Source of the DNA: Spirochaetia bacterium
GTDB taxonomy: Bacteria > Spirochaetota > Spirochaetia > UBA9216
Direction of reading: 5' to 3'
DNA length: 64,000 nt
Assembly: GCA_963677925.2 (NCBI GenBank)
Contig: CAXXYH010000003.1
Coordinates: 512,001-576,000 of the forward strand
Of the stretch, positions 10,069 through 18,209 are shown in pieces. Within the stretch, counting starts at the first letter, position 1; every line of letters begins with the position of its first letter. The position numbers and the translations under genes were made by a program. The notes below the pieces were generated by a model that had not been told where the DNA came from, searched no databases, and was given only the letters and a program-made list of their open reading frames with translations.

Positions 10069-10147
10069 TTTTTTAAATTAAAAGAATATTCTTGAATCTT
10101 TGAACAAGTAAGGTTAATTATTTAGTTAAAGGTTTTTACATAAATGG

Positions 10148-11056
10148 TCAATTATAATATTCAATTTCTCGTACAACTGTTGATTCAGGTATAAGGTAAT
10201 TTGAATAAGTGCCGGGCTCTTCCCTGCCGATGATCTTTATAAGCCAGTTATCCTTTTCATCGTATGTATATCCGTAAGCATATACAGCATAAACTATCCC
10301 CCTGTTGTCAGTAAATTCCTTCTTTACAGCCAGATCACGGCTGTTGTATTCGGTAGCAACACTGACTACAAGTACTCCGTCAGGATCATATTTTGTTTCT
10401 TCAACAACCCGGCTTAATTCATCATATTTGCGCTCATCACGCCATAGAAGTTTACTATCCATCCCGAAACCTTCTGTAGCAGTCAACCTGTTCCTGTTGT
10501 CATACTCAAACATGCGGCTGTAAACAAGAATCCACTTCCAGTAACGGTCATATTTACTTGTCAGTACTATTTTCCCATTGCTGTTATAGCTGTTTTTATA
10601 GCGCCAGCCGTAGTTTCCTGTTGAATATATCTTTTCAGCTTCAAGTATTCTGCCGTCAGGTGAATAGGTAAACATCTCACGATCCGGATTTCGAACTTCG
10701 GGGTGCTTTTGTAGTTTCAGGCTGAGGTTTCCGTCGGTATAATCGTATTCAATGGAATTGGCGGAACTGCCGTCCGCATTGAAGTATGCTTCGGACAATA
10801 GATAACCATCTTCGTCATAACTCAAAATCAGGGTGTATTCGAGTTCCTTCGAACTTAGGCCGCCCCCGGCTTTAATACTGAAAGCCTTTTCAGTAACCTG
10901 CTGTACACGGCCTTTAAGCGGCGCTGTCGGAAAGACATTATCAGGCCACTGGTCCGGGTACATAAGACCGCCGGTGATATCCTGTGCCGAAGAGAACACT
11001 AATGATAAAAGAAAAAAAGCCGGTATAAGTATGCACATCCGGAACCTGAACTTCAT
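10148..11056 (-). CDS. Exported protein with YD-like beta-hairpin repeats
   Basis: Signal peptide; repeated Y-D/S-x-x-G-x motifs (YDEDGY, YSPDGR, YDNRNR, YDEKDNW); PLKGRVQQV motif. Confidence 0.7.
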   Translation of the reverse strand: MKFRFRMCILIPAFFLLSLVFSSAQDITGGLMYPDQWPDNVFPTAPLKGRVQQVTEKAFSIKAGGGLSSKELEYTLILSYDEDGYLLSEAYFNADGSSANSIEYDYTDGNLSLKLQKHPEVRNPDREMFTYSPDGRILEAEKIYSTGNYGWRYKNSYNSNGKIVLTSKYDRYWKWILVYSRMFEYDNRNRLTATEGFGMDSKLLWRDERKYDELSRVVEETKYDPDGVLVVSVATEYNSRDLAVKKEFTDNRGIVYAVYAYGYTYDEKDNWLIKIIGREEPGTYSNYLIPESTVVREIEYYN

Positions 11057-11138
11057 TGCTGTATTTTAATAATACTTAATTCGTTTGTATATCCCCCCTG
11101 TGATTGATTCGGGGGCGTTTTCCTGCTATGTTCATGCT

Positions 11139-12341
11139 ATGGAACTTCTTTCTCCGGCAGGAAATATTGAAAAGCTGAAATATGCATACCTTTACGGAGC
11201 CGATGCAGTTTATATCGGCGTCAAGAACTTTTCACTGCGGCAGAAGGCTGATAATTTCAGCAGCCGCGAGTATGAAACAATTAAAAAGATTAAAGGAGAC
11301 CGTAAACTTTACGGTGCTCTCAACATATACTTTCATGAACATGACCTTGATACTCTGGAAAGAGAGATCGATTATCTGAATGAGTACCCCTTTGATGCTT
11401 TTATTATAAGCGACATAGGTGCCGTTCCCGTCCTAAAAAAGCATTTCCCGAATACTGAACTGCACCTGAGTACGCAGGCCAATTGTGTTAACTCTGAAGC
11501 TGTAAAATTCTACCGTGATATGGGTTTTACCAGGATTGTCCTTGGGCGCGAGGTTTCACTTAAAGAAATTGAACGTATTAAGAACAAGGTTCCTGAGGTT
11601 GAAATTGAGTGCTTCATTCACGGTGCTATGTGCCTGGCCTATTCCGGCAGATGTTTTTTAAGCGCATGGATGGCGGATAGAAGCGGAAATAAGGGCCACT
11701 GTTCACATTCATGCAGGTGGGAATATAGGGTACTGGAAGAGGCAGAAAGACCCGGAGAATACTATCCGATTTATGAAGGCGACGGCTTCACGAGTATTCT
11801 CAGCTCACGTGATATCTGTATGATCAACCACCTCGATGATCTCAGGAATGCCGGAGTTGATTCACTGAAGATTGAAGGCAGAATGAAATCGGTTTACTAT
11901 ACTGCTGTTGTAACCCGTGCATACAGGAAGGCAATAGACAGACTTGAAGGCACATTCACCGGCGATACGGACGGATATATTGAAGAGCTTGAAAAAGTCA
12001 GTCACCGTGAGTTTTCAACCGGTTTTTACTACGGTAAGGAAGAAATTGAAAAACCAACCGAAAAATCATATCTGCGGCAGTATATCTTCCTGGGAACAAT
12101 CGGAAAAAATGCAGGTGAAGGAAGATGGAGCATTGATGTTAAAAACCAGATCATTCCCGGAGAAGAGCTGGAATACATAGGCCCTGATATTCTTTTTACA
12201 ACTGACGATTCTTACAGAATTACAGATGAAGAAGGTAATGATGTAAGCCAGGCTGACCATGGAAAAACCTACTTCCTCCATACATCAGCCCAGGTTTCGG
12301 AAGGATTCATAATACGCCGGAAAGCGCCTAATCCATATTAA
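11139..12341 (+). CDS. Peptidase U32 family protein (TrhP/PrtC-like, putative tRNA hydroxylation)
   Basis: MELLSPAG start, GADAVYIG, HGAMCLAYSGRC, CSHSCR, KIEGR; start moved from 11085 to ATG 11139. Confidence 0.92.
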   Translation: MELLSPAGNIEKLKYAYLYGADAVYIGVKNFSLRQKADNFSSREYETIKKIKGDRKLYGALNIYFHEHDLDTLEREIDYLNEYPFDAFIISDIGAVPVLKKHFPNTELHLSTQANCVNSEAVKFYRDMGFTRIVLGREVSLKEIERIKNKVPEVEIECFIHGAMCLAYSGRCFLSAWMADRSGNKGHCSHSCRWEYRVLEEAERPGEYYPIYEGDGFTSILSSRDICMINHLDDLRNAGVDSLKIEGRMKSVYYTAVVTRAYRKAIDRLEGTFTGDTDGYIEELEKVSHREFSTGFYYGKEEIEKPTEKSYLRQYIFLGTIGKNAGEGRWSIDVKNQIIPGEELEYIGPDILFTTDDSYRITDEEGNDVSQADHGKTYFLHTSAQVSEGFIIRRKAPNPY

Positions 12342-12356
12342 AGTGCAGATATGCAC

Positions 12357-12875
12357 TTATAGTGCATATACCTCCCTGGCTGGAATGATAGTTACCAGCT
12401 TATCCTCCCGTCCTCTCAGCAGCGTTTTGAGATGTTCCTTTCTTGCCCGGTTTTCCAGAGAACCTTCAAGTACTGTTCTTGTTATGCCGTCAAGAAACTC
12501 ACGCTGCTCCATAGTAAAGAGGTAGCCTTCTTTCTGAAGAATTTCGACAAGATCTTCATTACTGGTAAATGAAATACGTGCATAATACTGCCGCTGGCCT
12601 ATGACCTTCACATTCATCAGGTCCCTGATTTTGAGAACTATCAGGCCTCCTAGAGAAGAACCGAGCCCAAGAAAAACCAGCAGAGCCGGTTTATCGTTTA
12701 TAAAATTAACAACCATGGCAATCACAGTCACACCGATTATACTTTCAACAAAATTAATTCCGAAAACACCGGCCATTTTACCTCTGTTGAAAAGTTCTAT
12801 TTTCATATTGAAAACAAGATCCTGAAGAATCCTTGCGGCAAAAACAATAATTCCTGAAATTAATAAACTCTGCAT
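12357..12875 (-). CDS. UPF0316/DUF5698-like membrane protein
   Basis: Three hydrophobic helices; VFAARILQD...NRGK...FVES pattern; small soluble C-terminal domain. Confidence 0.65.
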   Translation of the reverse strand: MQSLLISGIIVFAARILQDLVFNMKIELFNRGKMAGVFGINFVESIIGVTVIAMVVNFINDKPALLVFLGLGSSLGGLIVLKIRDLMNVKVIGQRQYYARISFTSNEDLVEILQKEGYLFTMEQREFLDGITRTVLEGSLENRARKEHLKTLLRGREDKLVTIIPAREVYAL

Positions 12876-12980
12876 AAATAAACTCCTGATTTAATAATAG
12901 TAATTTTAATAAGATTAATCATATTTACTCTAATAAATAAGTCAGTCCGCCGACAATAATATGATGAGGAGATGATTAGT

Positions 12981-13127
12981 ATGAATGATGCTATTACGGA
13001 ACTGATTTTTTTTCTTGAAACTTCCATTATGAAAACAAAGGATCCGATTGAAGCTGTTGAACTACAGAACCTTCTTGAAGCAGCGAGGACAATCCAGCAG
13101 CACCGAAAGCAGAGCTGCCGGATCTGA
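12981..13127 (+). CDS. Putative 48-aa small protein (not in ORF track)
   Basis: MNDAITELIFFLETSIMKTKDPIEAVELQNLLEAARTIQQHRKQSCRI; SD GAGGAG at 12966-12971; fills an otherwise empty gap. Confidence 0.6.
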   Translation: MNDAITELIFFLETSIMKTKDPIEAVELQNLLEAARTIQQHRKQSCRI

Positions 13128-13144
13128 TACCCGCTGTTTATCTG

Positions 13145-14980
13145 CTATTCCGGAACTATTCTAACAGCTCCGATGTCTGCAGATGAAGCAAATAACGAGT
13201 AGGCCCGCAGTGCAGCTGATACTTTCCGGTCTCTTGATACCGGAGTAAAAGCCTTATCGCCCCGGGCTTCTTCAGCCTTTCTTCTTTCAGCCAGTTCACT
13301 TTCAGAAACCTCAAGCTGAATTTTTCTTGCAGGAATATCAATTGATATCTTATCGCCGCTTTTAATTAGCCCGATAGCTCCGCCGGCGGCCGCTTCAGGA
13401 GAGACATGTCCGATAGACAGTCCCGATGTTCCGCCTGAGAACCGTCCGTCAGTAAGAAGAGCACATTTTTTATCTATCTTCCGGGATTTTAAGTAGGTGG
13501 TCGGATAAAGCATTTCCTGCATTCCGGGCCCGCCCTTGGGACCTTCATATCTAATGATTACAACATCACCTTCATTTACTGCTCCGTCAAGTATTCCGTC
13601 ACAGGCATCTTCCTGGCTTTCAAAAACTCTCGCAGTTCCTTCAAATTGAAAAATTGAAGAATCTACACCGGCTGTTTTAACAATACAGCCCTTTTCTGCA
13701 ATGTTGCCGAAAAGAACCGCAAGCCCTCCGTCCGGGTAGTAGCAGTTTTCAACACTTCTTATGCATCCGCCGGCTCTGTCCTTATCAAGTTCTTCGTATC
13801 TTGAGTCCTGTGAACCAAGCACAAGGTTTCTTCCCTTTCTTGCCGGCGCACAGTGATAAACCTCTTCGGTCTCAGCAGTACATGTTGGACGCATTATATC
13901 ACAGGCATCAAGTGCATCCCCGAGTGTCGGGTAGTCAAGCCGCTTTACATCGCGGTTCAGCAGCCCTGCCCTGTCGAGTTCGCCGAGAATTCCAAGGATT
14001 CCACCGGCACGGTTGACGTCCTGAATGTGGTAGCTTGAGTTCGGCGCTACTTTTGAAACACATGGAATGCGTCTTGAAAGTGCATCGATATCCTTCATCT
14101 TGAAATCAACTCCGGCTTCAGTGGCAACAGCAAGCAGATGAAGTACAGTATTAGTTGAACCGCCCATTGCAATATCAAGAGACATGGCGTTCATGAAAAC
14201 TTCTTTGGTGAGCATATTAAGCGGAAGAACGCTTTCATCACCGTCACCGTAGTATCGGTATGCAAGATCGACAATCAGATCAGCCGCTTTTTCAAAAAGT
14301 TTGATTCTGTTTTTATGTGTTGCTACAATTGTTCCGTTTCCCGGAAGTGCAAGACCTAGAGCCTCGTTAAGACAGTTCATGGAATTTGCTGTAAACATAC
14401 CCGCACAGGAACCGCAGGTCGGACAGCTGTTAATTTCCATATCCATCAAATCTTCATCACTAACTGAAGGATCCCCGCCCTTTATCATAACATCGATCAA
14501 GTCGGTATCCCGTCCCTGAACATGCCCCGCTTCCATAGGTCCGCCGGAAACAAAGATGACCGGAATATTCAGTCTCATCGCACCGATCATCATGCCCGGG
14601 GTAATCTTGTCGCAGTTGCTTATACAAACCAAAGCATCTACCCTGTGGGCATTGCACATATATTCGACACTGTCAGCAATCAGCTCTCTTGAAGGTAGAG
14701 AATACAGCATTCCTGTATGCCCCATGGCTATACCATCATCGATCGCTATTGTATTGAATTCAGCCGCAAAGCATCCCTTTGCCTCTACAAGTTTCTTAAC
14801 ATGCTGTCCAATCTCATGAAGATGAACATGGCCGGGAACCATCTGAGTAAAAGAGTTGGCAATACCGATTACAGGTTTTCCAAAATGTTCCGGCTTCATG
14901 CCGTTTGCACGCCAGAGGCTTCTGGCTCCAGCCATTCTTCGTCCCTGTGTAGTATCGTCACTTCTCAGAGGTATTTTCAT
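13145..14980 (-). CDS. ilvD: Dihydroxy-acid dehydratase
   Basis: [50 protein letters not shown]. Confidence 0.98.
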   Translation of the reverse strand: MKIPLRSDDTTQGRRMAGARSLWRANGMKPEHFGKPVIGIANSFTQMVPGHVHLHEIGQHVKKLVEAKGCFAAEFNTIAIDDGIAMGHTGMLYSLPSRELIADSVEYMCNAHRVDALVCISNCDKITPGMMIGAMRLNIPVIFVSGGPMEAGHVQGRDTDLIDVMIKGGDPSVSDEDLMDMEINSCPTCGSCAGMFTANSMNCLNEALGLALPGNGTIVATHKNRIKLFEKAADLIVDLAYRYYGDGDESVLPLNMLTKEVFMNAMSLDIAMGGSTNTVLHLLAVATEAGVDFKMKDIDALSRRIPCVSKVAPNSSYHIQDVNRAGGILGILGELDRAGLLNRDVKRLDYPTLGDALDACDIMRPTCTAETEEVYHCAPARKGRNLVLGSQDSRYEELDKDRAGGCIRSVENCYYPDGGLAVLFGNIAEKGCIVKTAGVDSSIFQFEGTARVFESQEDACDGILDGAVNEGDVVIIRYEGPKGGPGMQEMLYPTTYLKSRKIDKKCALLTDGRFSGGTSGLSIGHVSPEAAAGGAIGLIKSGDKISIDIPARKIQLEVSESELAERRKAEEARGDKAFTPVSRDRKVSAALRAYSLFASSADIGAVRIVPE

Positions 14981-15064
14981 ATGCAGCTCCTTATTTACTG
15001 TTTAACAGTTTTGATCAGAATAATGATTTTTACGTTTTTTTTCAATAATAAACGGGGTTTTGGA

Positions 15065-15973
15065 CTATGAAATGAGGCCGCATTGAGACAGCCGTATCCC
15101 CGACTGCAGGTAATCTTCTTCGCAGCTTTTCAGAACTGAACGTGAATATGCTTCAAGCCAGTGAATATCAGCAAAACCGGAGCCGGAATCGGATAGTTCC
15201 TCAGATATTTTACTCAACTGCTGAATAGCCCTGCCCATTTCTCTATACAGCATTGAAATATTCTTCCCCTCCGGTGTAATACAGCGTACCCCTGCGGCGT
15301 CTATCGAGATAAGATATCGAAGCTCTGAGGAAAGCAGTGCAATTTTTTTACGTCCGTCTTCAAAATTTTTGAAAGACTGAATGTAACCAGCCGGAACCTC
15401 TTTTCCGGAGAAACCAAGTGAACATCTGCTGCAAAATTGTTCAAAGGGACTCATAACACAATCATTTTTTAGAATCCTCAGCGCAATATCATATTCACCT
15501 ATAATTCCAGCTACAGCCGCATGGTATTCAGGATGCTCTGATGCCTCTGATTCAAGGAGATAAAATGATGATATGTTCTCACAGAGAGCTGTGATATCTT
15601 CAAGTACATCATCCATAAACCGCTTAAAACCTGTAGCTTCAGGATTGATAGTTAGAATATTCTCTTCTTTCCGGAACATCCGGCGGTAACCGGGGATTCT
15701 TAAAAGTCTTCCAAGATCTGAAGCTCCCGGAAACATAAGTGAAAAGGATATCCCCTGCTTATCCAAAAGCTTTACAAGATGCCCCAGAACTTCTTCCGGC
15801 AGAGTACCGCAGGACAGCAGTCTGGATTCAAATGTCCATGGGAAATTATCCAGAAGCCTGATAATAATTTCTGAAATACCATGACTCGAAAGTTCCGAAG
15901 GGAGAAGCAGCAGCCTTTCTGCGGCAGGAGGCTGAAAATCCAGATTTAATACTTGATTCATTTCATTATTCAT
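15065..15973 (-). CDS. Hypothetical protein, degenerate GH20/hexosaminidase-D-like barrel
   Basis: LNLDFQPP...IIIRLLDNFPW...TINP pattern resembles the GH20 HexD N-terminus; start moved to ATG 15973 (track start abuts the divergent gene). Confidence 0.55.
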   Translation of the reverse strand: MNNEMNQVLNLDFQPPAAERLLLLPSELSSHGISEIIIRLLDNFPWTFESRLLSCGTLPEEVLGHLVKLLDKQGISFSLMFPGASDLGRLLRIPGYRRMFRKEENILTINPEATGFKRFMDDVLEDITALCENISSFYLLESEASEHPEYHAAVAGIIGEYDIALRILKNDCVMSPFEQFCSRCSLGFSGKEVPAGYIQSFKNFEDGRKKIALLSSELRYLISIDAAGVRCITPEGKNISMLYREMGRAIQQLSKISEELSDSGSGFADIHWLEAYSRSVLKSCEEDYLQSGIRLSQCGLIS

Positions 15974-16051
15974 CCAGCTTTCAAAATACCAGATCAATTT
16001 TAAGGTGTAAAGGATCTGTTCAATAAACAATGAATCAGGTAAAATCAGCAC

Positions 16052-17389
16052 ATGGAAAAGATTGCAGATATACTGAAGAAGAATGCTGTTGCAGTACCGG
16101 AAATACTCCTGCCTGCAGCTGGAACAGACATGACTAAATGGGCAGTTGTAGCCTGTGACCAGTACACCTCCCAGAAGGAATACTGGACTGGCCTGAAGGA
16201 TTTGATTGCTGACGCACCTTCAACTCTGAACTGTATATTTCCCGAATGCTACCTTGAAGACGGCGATGAGGCTGAACGCATTAAAAGCATCAATTCACAC
16301 ATGAATAACTACATAGACTCAGGAGTTCTTGGAGAACCTGTTCCCGGCTTTATTCTGGTAAAAAGAGAAACACCTTCGTCAGCTCCAAGATGGGGATTGA
16401 TGGTCTCACTTGATCTTGAAATGTATGATTTCAGCGTCGGTTCGGTCAGTGCCATCAGAGCTACCGAAGGAACAATACTTGAACGCATACCGCCAAGGGT
16501 CAGGATTCGTGAAAATGCACCGATTGAACTTCCGCATATCATGGTTTTAATCGATGATCCTGAAAAAAGCCTCATTGAACCTCTTTCTGCTGATACCGAA
16601 TCTCTTGAGAAGGTGTACGATTTCGAACTTAATAATAAAAGCGGACATCTTACAGGATACCGGATAAACAGCCAGGAAAAACTGGAACAGATCGCAGCAG
16701 CATTCGAAAAGCTCGGTTCCGCAGATACAGCAAAGAAGATGTACGGAACAGAAAACAGGCTGCTTTTTGCCATGGGTGACGGAAACCACTCTCTGGCAAC
16801 AGCTAAAACAATCTGGGAAGACTATAAAAAGAATAATGCCTCAGATCCGCAGCTTATGAGCAACCCTGCAAGGTGGGCCCTTGTTGAAATTGAGAATATC
16901 TACTGCGAAGGAATTGAATTTGAAGCCATCCACAGGATTCTTTTCGGTCTTGATTATGATAATTTTGTAAGTGCCGCAACAACTGATGGCAGCTTCAGTG
17001 TTACAGCAGCGTCTGATTTTAATGAAGCGCTCAGCCTTATGACTGAAAATGCTGAAGTCCAGCGCTGCGCTTTTGTGACTGATAAAGGTGCCGGTGTAAT
17101 TACTGCCCGGAAACCGGACTCGTCAATAGCAGCAGGGACTTTTCAGAATTTTCTGGATGCATACCTTGAGAAAAACGCTGATACTAAAATTGACTATGTC
17201 CACGGTCTTGATGTAACCGAAGAAATTGGTAGTAAATCCGGAAATATGGGAATTGCTCTCCCCTCAATAGCAAAAGACAGCTTTTTCAGAACCGTAATAA
17301 ATGACGGAGCCTTTCCCAGAAAGACCTTTTCCATGGGTGAAGCTTTTGAGAAACGATTTTATGTTGAAGCAAGAAAGATTAAAAAGTAA
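16052..17389 (+). CDS. DUF1015 family protein
   Basis: WAVVACDQYTS, RATEGT, ELPH, MGDGNHSLATAK, PRKTFSMG. Confidence 0.9.
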   Translation: MEKIADILKKNAVAVPEILLPAAGTDMTKWAVVACDQYTSQKEYWTGLKDLIADAPSTLNCIFPECYLEDGDEAERIKSINSHMNNYIDSGVLGEPVPGFILVKRETPSSAPRWGLMVSLDLEMYDFSVGSVSAIRATEGTILERIPPRVRIRENAPIELPHIMVLIDDPEKSLIEPLSADTESLEKVYDFELNNKSGHLTGYRINSQEKLEQIAAAFEKLGSADTAKKMYGTENRLLFAMGDGNHSLATAKTIWEDYKKNNASDPQLMSNPARWALVEIENIYCEGIEFEAIHRILFGLDYDNFVSAATTDGSFSVTAASDFNEALSLMTENAEVQRCAFVTDKGAGVITARKPDSSIAAGTFQNFLDAYLEKNADTKIDYVHGLDVTEEIGSKSGNMGIALPSIAKDSFFRTVINDGAFPRKTFSMGEAFEKRFYVEARKIKK

Positions 17390-17496
17390 AACATGGTTGG
17401 TTTTACTTTTTAATTTGAAGAATTTTTGCGTGTTTATATTAATTCAGATGAATAGGACAGCTCTAAGAATTTCAAAATTCTGATTTTCTTCTGGAC

Positions 17497-17551
17497 AAAA
17501 AAATTGCGAACGCGGAAGTTTGCTTCCTGCCAGAAGGACTTCCACGTTCAC
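17497..17551 (-). terminator. Rho-independent terminator downstream of ftsB
   Basis: GTGAACGTGGAAGT / ACTTCCGCGTTCGC stem followed by U7; the G-U pairs fix the strand as minus. Confidence 0.75.
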
Positions 17552-17590
17552 AGGAGAAAGTGTTGCCTACTCTTATTGTAGTAACTGGCG
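17497..17590 (-). ncRNA. Candidate structured sRNA / ftsB 3'-UTR element ending in a long terminator
   Basis: Minus strand: small hairpin, ACUUUCUCCU linker, 14-bp stem with two G-U pairs, inner stem, then AAUUUUUUU. Confidence 0.45.
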
Positions 17591-17621
17591 ATTCATATTT
17601 CCACTGTTATTCAAAAGTTTT

Positions 17622-18065
17622 TTAAGTTTTTTTCGAAAAGGGGCTGTCGAGCAGCATCCAGGACAGGAAAAAAAACAGTATTCCAGTGATTAAGGCTGAT
17701 ATTCTGAATGCGGGGCTGTTATCCTTCTGCTTATAATCGCTGCTTAAGAGCAGGCCCATTGAATACAGACTTCGGCTGTCATTTGAATAGCCTTTAACAA
17801 GAATCATTCCCTCATCCGGGGCAAAATATCCGAGCTCTCTGGCTTTTACCTGTATCTCATCAGAATCAGTCATCAAACGCTGCGATTCTTTCTTTAACCC
17901 GGAATTTATCGAATCAAGCCGCTCAATATTATCCTCCAGCGACACCTTATATTCCTCAAGTTTCCTGTAGGAATTCATTCCATCCTGTCCGGATACAAGT
18001 ATTAGTATTAAAAACACAGCTACGGAGAGCCATACTGATATAGCCAGCCTGATTGAAGTTTTCAT
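17622..18065 (-). CDS. ftsB: Septum formation initiator FtsB/DivIC family protein
   Basis: TM helix, GQDG, coiled coil, ARELGY..PDE motif; extra C-terminal TM. Confidence 0.75.
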   Translation of the reverse strand: MKTSIRLAISVWLSVAVFLILILVSGQDGMNSYRKLEEYKVSLEDNIERLDSINSGLKKESQRLMTDSDEIQVKARELGYFAPDEGMILVKGYSNDSRSLYSMGLLLSSDYKQKDNSPAFRISALITGILFFFLSWMLLDSPFSKKT

Positions 18066-18150
18066 ATTAGTTATTACGGATTGTTTTACATCTTTCTTAA
18101 GTCTTATCGCTTAAACCTGCTTTCTTATTTTATATATTGTGTATTATAAT

Positions 18151-18177
18151 TTATTAATACGTTTTTCTTGCCGATAA
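18151..18177 (+). promoter_or_regulatory. Putative sigma28 (FliA) promoter
   Basis: Perfect -10 GCCGATAA at 18170-18177; weak -35 (TTAT at N15); followed by SD AGGAG and ATG 18210. Confidence 0.55.
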
Positions 18178-18209
18178 TAATTACAGCGTTTTGTATTCAG
18201 GAGTAAAGA

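Noticed and set aside
10148-11056. YD-like repeat proteins (also 37119-38174) as Rhs toxins
   Set aside because: Short, Sec-exported, no Rhs core or PxxxxDPxG motif, no toxin tip or immunity gene
11093-11115. CCCCCC...GGGGG hairpin between divergent genes
   Set aside because: Short low-complexity stem overlapping the predicted U32 promoter; unlikely to be transcribed if both genes are leaderless
17448-17483. 11-codon plus-strand ORF MNRTALRISKF
   Set aside because: No SD, poorly spaced promoter elements, and too short to support
17506-17551. Hairpin containing AGGAAGCA as SRP (4.5S) RNA
   Set aside because: Lacks the CAGG half of the symmetric loop and a GNRA tetraloop; too short
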